A DNA stretch of 63,355 bases, counting the filler, from Pelomyxa schiedti (taxonomy: Eukaryota; Protista; Evosea): assembly GCA_020536535.1 (NCBI GenBank). It is 7 parts of 7 records of this genome, joined end to end, with 100 filler letters (N's around TTAATTAATTAA, not from the genome) between each part and the next. Parts side by side here need not be neighbours in the genome. Positions count along the whole stretch, not along the records: positions 1 to 29,666 come from JAHLWZ010001010.1; 6 more parts are not named here. The stretch is one strand, 5' to 3'. Shown here piece after piece: positions 11,056-23,502 of this stretch. Below the pieces are notes generated by a model. The model had not been told where the DNA came from, did no database searches, and saw nothing but the letters and a program-made list of their open reading frames with translations. A program made the position numbers and the translations under genes. The stretch's first letter is position 1. The number at the start of each line of letters is the position of its first letter.

Positions 11056-14000
11056 TTAGATAGCGGAATTGTGGAATTGCGAACGGGGATACATACAGGC
11101 CATTAGTTTCTCAACGGTTGAGCAGCGGCCTGTGAGTCCAGTGAGTGCCTTTTGTAATTTGGTGATGTCTTCGTTTACAACACAGAACTTGGTGCTGAGC
11201 TCAATGACTTTGCTGGTCAGCACTGCTACATCCTTTTTCAGCATTTCGTTTTCGGTTCTGAGGGTGTCACAATGGGTGCAGCACCCCCGGTCTTCTGTGA
11301 CTGTTTGTGTTTGTGCATGTATGGTTGGAATTGGTGCCGGTAATGGGGCTTGTGGTTGTGGTTGGGATTGCGGCTGGATTTGTTGTTGTGTTGGGATTTG
11401 GGGTTGTTGTGAATGTAGGTGAAGGTGCGGGTGCGAATGGGAGTGGGAATGCGGGTGCCGCGGAGATTCTGGTGGCGATGGTGATGTGCTCGGAGGGATC
11501 GGAGAATTGCGGGGTGATTCGGATGGTGTTGAAGTGGAGGTTGTGTGGTAGCGTGGAGAGCAGGGGAGTTGTGGAGGTGCGCCGCGGGGTGATACTGGCT
11601 GTTGTTGCGGCTGCGGTTGCTTTTGTTGCAGATGAAGCGGTGTAATTGCAGTAGGTTGTTCTGTGTGTCTAAAGGTGGGGTGCTGGGCAACGGGTGCCTG
11701 AATACCACCAGAATCTGTCTCTGTGATTCGTACACTTGGACTAACTAGCTGCGGTGTGATTGCTACGGAAGGAAGTGCTGGTGAGGTGCTCTGGAAAGGG
11801 CTGACCATAGGGCTGCTCGGTTTTACTTGTTGATCCTCACTATCATCCGATTCTTCAGATGAAGTTGTAGCATCATCAGCTCCAGTGCCAGGTGTATCTA
11901 CAAAAAGTCAATTTTTTCCCCAATTGAAGAGTTTTACTTGTCGGTTGTGGTATAGTGGCAATTGTTGTCAATGTTCCCGCTTTGGGGACTAACAACTTCG
12001 TATTTGACTTGGATCGCCCTCTTTTTGTTCGTTCATATTCCAGCACAAAATCTTCATAGTGTGAGGAAAGAGAATTTTATTTTCGATATCAACCTCTCAG
12101 TGTGTCATTTCGCACAGGAAGTATGAATTCGTCCTGCAGAAGTTCCGCTGTTAAAGGTCTGACAAATTTTGGTCAGTAATTAGAAAAAAGAATAAGGAAG
12201 AAACCTGGTAGATGGATCTTTCACCAGTAGTCTGTTGACAAACTTTTGAAATGTAGGTGACCATTTGGGACCCCCAGGTTTACGAATGAGTTGTGGAGGA
12301 TCTTCCGATAAAAGGAGAAACATAGCTCTCATAGGGCCATGTTCGTAATGAGGTGGATATCCCTGGGGTGATTGGGCACAACAAACAGTAAGGGGAAGTA
12401 GTTGTGCCCACTTACTTCAGCAAGTTCAATGCAAGTTATTCCTAAGGACCATATATCAGCGTGTTCATCATATCCTGTGGTGTCAGAGACTATCTATTAA
12501 TGATTGAGTTTCTGATGTTCGCTATAAATCTAACTAGTAACCTCAGGTGCCATCCAATAAGGGGTGCCAGTCATAGTATTTATCTTTGTTTGCTCCTCTG
12601 TCATCTGTCCACTTACTCCAAAATCTGTTTTATTCGTTACACATCTAACTGGAATTTTTCCGGTACCAGTGAGTTTCGAAATCCCCAAATCGTCGACAAT
12701 AACATTGGCTGCCTAATGTAACGTGAGTGGGGCAATGTAAAGGTTAGTAACCTTAAGATCTCTGTGAATTTTTCTTAGGGAGTGCAAGTAATTCAGAGCG
12801 TTGAGAATATGGCATGTAGCTATGGCGATTTCTCTTTCAGTCAATGCACGCTGAGAACAATTAAGTTTGCTCCATTGGGAGTTGAATCAATCAACCTTTG
12901 TTTTATCCATCATCATCCGTAAGCTTCCCCCAGCACAATACTCTGTACAGTATTATTTTCAAGGAGGCTAATTACACAAGTAATTAATTGTGTCACAAAC
13001 CCATTACAATCCAGAGCTCAGCTTTAACCATGACACTTCCGAAGTACCTTGAAGGGATTAAAAGAGTTGACAGGGGAAAAATCAGGACTTTACTATCCAA
13101 GGGCAATCCAGTGACTTCATTATATTAACCTCTTTGGATAATTCAGATGCATTTGCGGTAGAAAAAATCTAAATGGAACAGGTAAACAAATTGTTCGGAA
13201 CTGTACGTGGAATTGCCTTCTTTATAGCATAGATTTTTCCAGAGGGTACATGGCAAGCTTTCCAAACAGCGCCATAATTCCCTTCACCCACTTTCTCAAT
13301 GAATGAAAAAGCTGTTTCTGGGTTTGTGACATCAACTAGGTTGCCCCTTGTTGGCTCGATACTCTTACTCCTCTCCTTGTTAGCATAGTCTTCACTTCCC
13401 CGAAAAGAAAAGGACCGTTGCCGGCCTCGCCTTTCTCCTTGTAGTGTTTCCGTGTCAGTTTTCCCTGCAGGAAGAGTATCACCTTGAAATCCTTCCGTAG
13501 GAGTCCCACAGGACTGCGTGATGACCCTAGCGCCATGGGAGGAGCCACTTTTGGCTTCTTTGCCATCAAGGAGGAGCATCAAGAGCTGATTAGGGTTATT
13601 TTGAAAAAGTCCTCTATGTGGCTGGGCGAAAATAGGTGTCGTGGAGGTTGACTGTGAAGTTGAGGGTGTTGACGAAAGCACATTTCCACCTGGTGACTGC
13701 AGTGATGTGGTAGTAGGTAGCACTAATGGGGGCACTTCAACTTTTGAAGTGGCCATCTTGGCAGTGGGGTTCCCCCCTGGGGGGGTGCCAATTTTAGACA
13801 AGTGCTTTGACTCCAACTTTTGTTGAAGTAACATCATTTGCTGGTGGGCAGCTAATGCAGAGTTGGCCGTACCATTTCTGGATTGTGGTGGGGAATTACT
13901 GCTTTCCCTGACGGGAGGGGGAGATGGCGTAGAGCTAGGTGAGGTTCCTAAGTTCCTACTAGTAGGAGACTCTGCACTTGTTGCATTAATTGGAAGTGCC

Positions 14001-15407
14001 ACAAGTGATGGTATAGCGTTAAAACGAGGGGTAGGTGGAGAAGTGTTCACCGTTGGGGGAGTTGGTGAATTGGCGGGAGTTGAATTGTTTCCTGCGTAAG
14101 GTAGTTTAAGTAAGTTGATTGCTGGTGGTGATGTGGATTTCCGCTGGTGAGTGTCAGGGAGTGCAATGGGACTCCCCCCCACCTTTGGTGTATTTATAAC
14201 TTCTTGTTGTGTAAGGTGAAACCGATTTGTGTGAGAAACATTGGAATTGACGAGTGTCTGCAATTGTGATGCCGGAGGTGTATGGTCGCTACTATCTCCA
14301 CTGTCAGTACACTCCTCACCTAGTCCGATTTCAGTGAAGTAAAGGTTAAGGTAAAGGAAATTACTGTAGTGCTGGAGATGCAGCTTGAGGGGATTTAAGT
14401 TTTGCCTCAAGGGAAGCTCTTCGCTATCACCCCCACGAGAGTCGCTGTCACTTTCCGATTTTCCAGAAAGGGTGGGAAACTGATGATGAGAAGCCAGACT
14501 ATCCATTGGGGGAGTTTGATTGGCCTTGACATCACGTGGGGGAAAGTGCCTTCGGAAATGAGCAATACCAGGTGTATTGGATGGCGTTTGCGTTAATACA
14601 CTGGCCTTTGCCTGGCTGTGAGGGGATGAAGGCTGGTCTGCACCTGGACTGCAAGTATTACTGTTAGGGGTGCCGGTAGGTGTCTGTGGAAATAAGCCTC
14701 TTCCAGTACCGCATTGTTGTTGAAGTGCTTGTAGGTGTTGCTGTGTTTGCATTTGACTTTGCAGTTGCTGTTGCCTGAGTTGCCGAAGCTGTGATAGCCG
14801 GTTGTTGGTGTCCTCAGAAACTGGCTTCAGCGCATTTGTAGTTTGTAGTGTGTCTTCTCCCATATTCACCTGTAGGCATGTGGTGAATCACATATTCCCA
14901 CATTCTCCAGCAAGAACAAAATACAAATAAATGGCAGATAGTAGTAGTCGTTGTAGTTCAGATTAATGTTTACAAATATTACAATAGGTTGGGTGTGGGC
15001 ATTAATTAATGGTAGTAGATATGACACATGGACAGAGAGACAACTTGGGTGGGCACCCCCGCAGTCGTGCTGCTATTCGTAGAACTAGTATTAGGGGAAG
15101 CAGATATCAGCGGCAATGTCACAGCCACGCCAGTCCACTCGTCCCGTTGATCGCTGCTGCTGCTGCTGGGTTTGGTGACAGCACTCGTGTTTCCCTTGTT
15201 CGAGGGCGATACTGGTCTGTGGCCCAGCGACCGCGTCGACGCCCGCGACGACGAGGACGAGGACGAGGAGGAGGATGAGGATGACGAAGAGGCGTGGGAA
15301 TGAGCCCGCGGATGTGGGCGTGTGTGGTTGCGCGTGGGTGAATGATGGGATGTTGTATGATGCGAGGGAGGGGGTGCGTGCTGCAGCCCCGGAGGAGGAG
15401 GGTCCAT
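11056..15407 (-). CDS. STE20/GCK-type (MST-like) Ser/Thr kinase with long low-complexity N-terminus and C-terminal coiled coil
   Basis: [67 protein letters not shown]. Confidence 0.9.
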
Positions 15408-15607
15408 CGTCGTGGTTGTTGCCGATGTGGAACAGATCAACTCAGGAAAGCCAGAACCCCCCCACCCCAATACCCAACGCCTAAGAGGGCTACCACAACA
15501 ACTATTGGGGACCCAGAAGACGCCTTTGATCGCGTACCACGCAACTTTGGTTTTCCCTTTTCCTTGTTGGTTTTTCTGCTTTTTGTTTCGCGAGTGACAT
15601 CGACCGC

Positions 15608-17849
15608 ATGTCAGCCGACGCGCCAGAGACCCAGCAGGACAAGATCAAAGAGGAGGGGGACCCGACGGCGGGGGGCGCCCACGTACGCATGGACGACCGC
15701 CCCGCGGCGCATACGACCGCCGAGCGCGAGGAGGGCGAGGAGGACGAGCAGTTCCCCGCGGCGACGCCGGGCGACAATGGCGCCACCGGGGGAACCTGCT
15801 GCGTGGCCCTGCCCCTGCCCGTGGCCCCCACGCACGCGGCGGACTACACCGCAGAGAACAGGGACAGGGAGAGGAGCGCAGATCGTGAGAGGGACAAGGA
15901 CAGCGACCGCGAACGAGACCGAGACCGGGACAGGGACAGGGACAGGGAGAGGGAGAGGGACAGAGACAGGGAGAGAGACAGCTACACACCCACAAGTACA
16001 AGTGGGACGAGGGCCGCGTCCAGAACTGTGATTGGGGGTGTGTGCAAGTTTGACCGTGATCGTGATCGTGACCGCGATGAGTCTCCGAGAAGGGTGTGTG
16101 TGTGTGTGTCCAACAAACTATATGTATCTGCATAACTCACTAACTAATTAACATGTCAAACTTATTATCACTACTACTACTACTACAACTCATAACGGAA
16201 TGTGTGAAATGCTGTCTAACTTGTTATAACTACTTTTCATTACGGAATGTAACTGGAATTGTTGTGAAACGCAGGACGGGGATGTGTCACCGCCTCGGTC
16301 TCCTCGTGGTGGCCCACGACCCCACCCTCAGAAGTAATTCTATTCCCTCCCTACTTGTTCTTCCCTCTTTTCTTTTTTCTTGATTTATTCTCACTTCAAC
16401 TGATGTCTATTTATTTTAGGGCTTGTTTTAAGTGTGGAGGTAGGGACGCAATATAATATCCTCTCTTTTGTTTGACATTGTCAATAGGCCACGGTCACAT
16501 ATACAACATGTGCCCTTCCCCTCCTGGGTCTGCTGACTCTCCAACGTACGTAGGGTGAACCTGGTGACCTGCTTGTAAAACTAAATTTTCCAATCCTAGG
16601 GCACCAGAATGCTATCAATGCAGAGGACGTGGACATATAAAGCCTCGCTGCCCTAACAACATCCCTGCAGGGAGGTGCTACAGATGTGGAATGATAGGGC
16701 ACCATGGAAGGTGAGCGATTCTGTTATTGTGTCTTGTGAGAGTTTTGTGAGATGGAGGAGCGATGCATAACGTGCGTTTGAAGGGAGTGTGGGATTTTCA
16801 GTGGAAACTTTGGATATGGTGCATTTTCACCCACAAACAACCACGCGCTTTACACAAATACAATCATCGCACATCACACACAAAAGAAGAGTGAGGGTGA
16901 GGGAAGGCTGGGCAGGCGGGGCAGAGGTTGGTTGTGTAAATAGAAAAATGTTTCCATACTTGACTAAATTCATGTCCTAGATGCCTCTTCCTTGGAAACC
17001 CTACCTTACACACAACACCTAAAGTAAAATATGCATATGAACATCAAACCAACAGTAGAAAATACAGGGGCGTTTGGAGCTGGGCCATATGGCTACGACT
17101 TACCGATGATGGGGCACAACCAGCCCTACAGTCAAATTGGCATGTCTCGCATTTGTAAATGCATTCTTACCGGTATCAGGATATAATTTTCCCTATGGAG
17201 CACAACAGGTCTCAGGATCCCCACAAGGAGGTTCATATGGGGGAAATCAACAGCTAGGCATAGGAATGGGACCAAATATGGGTTTGCCAATGGGGATAGG
17301 AATGGGGATGAATCCGTTTGCCCAAGGCAGTTACAGAGAGACCTGCTTCCGATGTGGGGCTGTAGGTCACATGGCAAGAGACTGTGCTAGGTCATGCGGA
17401 ATGCCAGAAAACAGCTGCTATCGCTGCGGCCAAGAGGTTTTTCCCCATTCCAACAACAACAGAAACAACAACTCACCTATTACCAGGGCCACATGGCCAA
17501 GAACTGTGACATTTGCTTGGTCTGCAAGAAGTCCGGGCACTACGCCAAGGTTCCATTCTCCTCCTCTCGATATGCATTCTGGCACACCCGGATTTTCGTT
17601 TTCTTCGCATTCATTTCCTCAACACTACCGCACACCAACCATCAACACACACATAATTAAACAAACATCAAGCCCACACACAAACTCACTCCACTCCCAT
17701 AATAACAGGAATGCCCCACACGCGGGGGCAGTGGGCATCCCCCTCCGCGCCGCGGCAGGAGCCAATCACCTCCCCCTACAAGTTCAAGGCGCCGCGTCAA
17801 TGACTACTCTGACAACAACACCACTACAACCAGTGCATCACGTGACTGA
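15608..17849 (+). CDS. CCHC zinc-knuckle RNA-binding protein (CNBP/Gis2-like) with RD/RE dipeptide tract
   Basis: About six CX2CX4HX4C knuckles after splicing (CFKCGG.GH, CYQCRGRGH, CYRCGMIGH, CFRCGAVGH, CYRCGQEGH, CLVCKKSGH). Confidence 0.85.
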
Positions 17850-18486
17850 GGCAAACCACCACTCACAGGCGAAAAAATACCCATAATTGCGGTTTGCGAT
17901 GAATTTTGTTTTGTTTGTCGACGAGTTGGTGCGGTGGTCTCTGATCTTAGATTCTTCTAATGATCATAACTTCTTCAGCTTATAATCGGGGGCTGTGATT
18001 AACGAAGTTCCGGGGTCACAAATCCCTGAAATAGATTACCTGAGCCCACCTCTTTTTTTTTCTGCCGCAGGAAAGAATCCTTCCTTGCAGATTTTATGTT
18101 GTGGGCCCACAACTGAAAACACAATGGTGGTGATAACAGGTCACGAAGGTATATTCCAAGATACTGAAACACAAGGAACAAAGAAGCAAACTCATCTTAA
18201 AATACAACCAAATCAGTGGCCTGGTGCATTGACTTGACATAAATCGATGCCTGGTTGACCCTTGGTGACTATCACTAGGCACCAAAAGGGCCAGCTGGTG
18301 ACTGGCTGCTACACACTGGTCAGTCATCCATCAATCAATCCACTGACGCAGCAATAAGATGAGAGGCGGGCAGGGTTGTGGTATCCCCTGGTGGTGTGTG
18401 TGTGGCGAAAGGTTGTGGTGATGGTGAGGAACTGATATGTGCCGGTTGTGTGTGGTTGGGCCGCCTTTGTTGGCTGGAACAGTAGG

Positions 18487-19228
18487 CTACATAGGGGAAG
18501 ATTGGTGAGAAGATTGCTTTTTGCTAGTAGGGGAGGAAGTACCGATTGAGGATTCGAGAATGATTTCGTATTGCTTGTACTTGTCAGCTGAAATAAACAG
18601 TTCGAATTTCAGGAGTTGGAGTACACTGGCTTCCATGATATTCATTTCGGAAAGTGTAACACCTCCAACTTGGCTGTAGAAGGTACTTGTGTAGTAATGG
18701 TCCTCAAAGAACTTGTGAGCCACAACAAAACTGTGAACAGAGATTCAGTAAGAAAAGGGCCGGAATATGAAAGAAACATACCAGGACCAGAGTACGCGAT
18801 GCACATTCGCTTCAGTGAGTGTTATAGCACGGGAAATCAACAATCGGTCAATGTAAATCAGTGCAGCGATGAGAGTGGAGCGAGGGCACCCACTGTGCTC
18901 CTCAATTCTACAACTCAATGTAAGTACATACAATTCGTATGCAAGCAAAATATTATGGTACGGAGAAGGAAACTAACCGTTGCAAATATGCCAGAAGTGA
19001 TATTCCAGGAGGCTTCCCTGATGGCCCAAGGAAGGCACCACAGTGTGCACTCAGAGTGCCAGGTTCCGGGATTGGGTGACCCTTTTGCCATTCCACTAAG
19101 CTCCTCAGTAGCAATGAAACAGCAGGGGCTGCGGAGCTTCGATGATGTTGATGGCGCTGGTGATGGCCACTCGATGTGTCACTGTGGCCAGGGCAGTCAT
19201 ATGTGTTGGAAGTGTTGTACTGTGACAT
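18487..19228 (-). CDS. PHO80/PREG-type (cyclin U) cyclin
   Basis: PPGISLLAYLQRI, ALIYIDRL, NVHR, VAHKFFEDHYY, YSQVGGVTLSEMNIME..L.FELFI. Confidence 0.88.
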
Positions 19229-19915
19229 TGGGTGTTGGCCAAGAGTTCTTGGGGTTGTGTTTTTTTGTTTTTTTTTGTTGTTTTTTGGTTTGCAGGCACC
19301 CCAGTTTAAAAGCAGTACGCACCACGAGAAAAAAGCACAGACGAGAAACGATATAAAGATTTGGCTCAGGTTTCGTGATTATGCCGCGAAATTGCCTATT
19401 ACAACAGAAAGAGAACAAACCCGGGAAGGGTAGCGTCAGGGAAAAAAAAGGTGCTCTTTTCATTTCTCCACGGGAGTTTTCGCCGGAAACCTGCCCAAAT
19501 TGCCCAGTGGAACCAGGGGAAAACTCCGAAAAAGGGACATTCCCCTAATGCCAAGAACATCAGGATCAACTATTGCCACTTTGATCACATACAAGAAAAC
19601 TTGATCACTTGATCATGCGAGAAACGGATATAAGCCGGAACGAAAACCAAATTGCAAAAACAAAAAATAAAAAATCCAGTTCCAACAAGGGGCAGTTGAT
19701 ACTGACACCGGTGCGTCAATCACCACTGATCAATCATCATTTGCAAGAGCATCTTCACATTTGACTTTTTACTGTTTCGCTTTCTGAGAGTCACATACGC
19801 ACAACCGTTTTAGTGTCTCTCAGGCACCGAACCGTTCAATTTTGTGGCTTCACCTAATAATACTAGTACCAGTGCGTGGTGCCGTTCGTACTTGGACTCC
19901 GTCCCACAAGTAAGA

Positions 19916-22900
19916 ATGCACCACAACCAACAGCAACCACCTCCACCCGAGCACCCTGCCTGGCTTATTGATTTGTTGCAACAGCAACAGCAACAACAAC
20001 AGCTACTACAGCAGCAACAACAGCAACTACTACAGCAACAGCAACAAGCACTACTTCACCCCAACAACAATAACAATAACAATGGTGTATTTGTACCGCA
20101 GACTCCTGGCCAGCAATTTGACTCACAACCCACTCCACAAGTACAACCTCAATCGCATTCACAGTTACAGGGGAATGACGTAGGTGGCTCGATGATGATG
20201 CAGCAGCAGCAGCAGATAGCCAACTATTACAACAACCAGGAGCAGCTTCAGACGCAGCCGACGCCGCATCAGGTTCCTGGCGGGGGCGTTGCCCTGGATG
20301 CTGGTGGTGGTGCTGGACCCTGGGAATACCAACTGGCGGCTTACATGGCTCGCACGGGGATGTCACGCGAACAACTAGAAGTACAGTTAGTGCTTCTAGT
20401 GCAGCAGGAGCAGCAGCAGCAACTTCTAATGCAGCAGCAACAAGCACAAGCACAAGCACAAGCACAAGCACAAGCACAAGCACAAGCACAAGCACAAGCA
20501 CAAGCGCTGGCAGCAGTGGCACACCCACCACTTCAGAGGATAGATAATATACTTCAGGAAGTGGACCAGCTACTGACAACAAAGCTGGGCCAGCAGCCGA
20601 CAACAACCATGGCCCCACTGCCGGTACAGCAACAAGGTCTCACTGTTGACCAGAGAGCAGCGAATATCTTGGCTCAGTATACTTATTACCAAGATCAAAT
20701 TATACAAGAATTAAATCAAGATGAGTTGAGTGCAAAAAAATTTGATCCGAAAGGCGTTGACATCCAGCTCCAAGATGTTTGTCTCACTCCAAGCTTTGCT
20801 TTTCTAACGCCCTCTAGGATACCTCTTGCAAAAATGTTCAAAATGCATCTACAACTACCCTAGCCGGTTCTCTACTCCCTGGCCAAAATTTATTTTTTGA
20901 GGTTTGTCAACCTCATCTTAAAAACCAACTTGTCAAATCTTTCTAGGAGGTTGAACCTGAAGATGGTACTCCATCTCCTCAGCTACCAGTAGAGAATCTC
21001 CTAGGACAAATACATAAATTCCAACAGCAACCACCGATGTCCAATCACCTTCAAGCGGCAACTATAGTCAATCAAAGCGGTGAGCAACTAAACCACGTCC
21101 AGCAACCCCCGCCAAGCACCCCACTGCCGAGTCTTTCATTAGTACCAAGTACTCCTTCTCAACTACAAACTGAATCTCTCATACCTCAACTCTACTCACA
21201 ATTCCATACACAACCACCTTCCTCTCCGCTGTCCCAAGTTATGGCGCGATCACTTGCAGAACAACATAGCAATCCGATTCCTTTTCGACGAGCTGAAGAG
21301 AATCTTAGAGAATCAACGCTATCCTCTTCCACACCCTCTATCACTTCCCTTTACCAGACTCATCAGCACCGGGGCCGTTCGGCGTCACCACCTGGCACAC
21401 AAAAATCTCAGCATTTGTCCAATGACGCGTCTCCACACAAACCATCATCACACCAAGCCTCGCAGCCAGCTTCGAAACCACTCACCAGATCCGCAAGGGA
21501 CCGTAATAGCAGAAAGTATGGAGATGCCTCAAATTCTGGCGTCCATCACGGAAACGGGCCTGACGTTGCCCTTCCGAGTGCTTCCATTGGTGGAAATGTG
21601 GAACTGTCACTTTCGACAAGCAAGATTTTTAAGCACAAGAGGTTTTCGGTACTTTTTGCCCCGTACTTCCACAAATACTAACATTTTATAGCTTATTCTC
21701 AGCGTTCGGATAGAGTGGAAACGGCAAATGAACCTCTCTACTGATGATATACTTTTGGCCGGTCTAAATGCAAAATGCTGTAAGGAAGGGACATATGAAG
21801 GTAATTCTATTTGTTGCCTCGGTAATTTTGCTCAATTTTTTTGCAGAACTGGCATCCTGCAAACAGTGCTCCGCTACAAAGAAAATCGTGAGCATTGGAA
21901 TTAGTGCCCAGGCACCTTTTCAGTCAACAACTTTGCCAAATGGCATGGAACAATTTGTATTCGATGATTGCAGGTCCAATTGTACTTCGTCAAGGTAAAA
22001 CTCCCTCAAATTTCTGCTCTGACACTTCCTCAGGGATCATCTTCATACCGCATTGTGCCTTGTTGTAGAACTTTCCCCAGAATCACTTGTCAGGTCACCC
22101 TCTTTTGTTCTTCAAGCAAGGGCGGTTCAAAGTAGAAGTGTGAATGACCGTTTTCCGTGCCTTCCAAATTAATACCCCACAGAGCCGCGGCCACAGACGA
22201 CCCCCAGGAAAAGCAGGTCTCCTGGCCGCAAGACCAAGAAGCGTAATACCCCCGCAACCAGCTCGGATCCAGACAGCACAACTCCATCACCGCCTCCTAG
22301 TTCCTGTACTACTACAACAGTTCCTCGTGGCCCCTTGAGACATAGTGCTCCCATTTGCACTGTGCCCTCCGTTTCCTCTGCCTCACTCCCTTTTGATGTA
22401 CCCGAAAACGTGAAGCGGCGCTGTACTAACACCAGGGAAATAAGCCCAGGAGGGAGGCCCAGAAGCAAAAGCCCTCCATCACCCACCGCCACCCCTGCTC
22501 TGAAACCTAACAGCTCGCCCAAAGCCGCACAGGTAGCAACACCGGCGAATGCAAGTCCAGCGATTCCACCTGTAAACCTGGGGCCAATTCCAGAGGACAT
22601 TTTGCGGCGGCTAACACAGACTCTTCTGGAGCCATCTGCAACAAGTCCACAAGTCAATGCTTGCCACGCTGATGGTACACCCTCAAGTATCACCTTGCTT
22701 GCCTCATCAACACTAACGCATAACTACAGGCCGTATCGTGGTACATGTACTGCGCAGTTCTTTCCCTACGGATATTGTAGAATCCATAGTGACTCACCTT
22801 AAAGACTATAGTGTTAAGCTAGACGGATTCGTCAATTTGGAGCTAAAGTATCCAACCGGTATGCAATGGGGGGAAAAAAAAAACAAAAACAAAAAAAAAA

Positions 22901-23201
22901 CAAACAAGCGAAACTAATTTGCACCGTAGACAACGCCGAAGCTCAACGTGGCGGAAACAGCAATGAAACCCTGGTATTCCTGTTCACATCCGTGGAGAAT
23001 GATGCGGCCGGCGACGCTTTCTCGGCACTGCTCCGCAACTACATAAACAATGAAAACGACGTGAACAACGTAATGAGCAAGTCGCTGGCCCAGGACCTCA
23101 CAATCATGTGCGAGTGCCGCAGCCCTGACTTCAACAGGCCAGTAACAACCACCACCAACAAACCAAGCCCCCTCAACCCATCACAATCTCAACACCCGTG
23201 A
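19916..23201 (+). CDS. Gln-rich putative transcription factor, possibly CudA-like
   Basis: PolyQ and (QA)n N-terminus; globular spliced core KIFKHKRFS..CKQC..EQFVFDDCRSNCTSSRDHLH; resemblance to the amoebozoan CudA core is from memory and unverified; start uncertain. Confidence 0.5.
20441..20505 (+). repeat. (CAAGCA)n coding microsatellite encoding a QA repeat
   Basis: About 11 tandem copies seen directly. Confidence 0.95.
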
Positions 23202-23502
23202 GAAACCCCATCGGCCACACACACATACACACGCCACATTCGTATTATCACCCGTGCACACCACACCCAACAACCCACCTGTGCTTCTAGTGTATAAATG
23301 TCTTGTTTTTTTTTTGGGGGGGACAAGCCCATCGTCCCCAAAGATCCAGATAGCATTGCATTTCCACTAAATGTAGGGAAGGCGCCTTACACGACTTTTC
23401 GCCCCAGGAGACACGAACACTACTTCATCACCGGCGACTACCCCCCTACCAACCAGCACGAGATTATCTCCTAACTAGTTGGCAGCTGCTAACACACACA
23501 CC

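Noticed and set aside
19965-20618. Long antisense hydrophobic ORFs (also 27461-27973, 2050-2637, 59016-59771)
   Set aside because: Shadows of low-complexity or GC-rich coding sequence on the opposite strand
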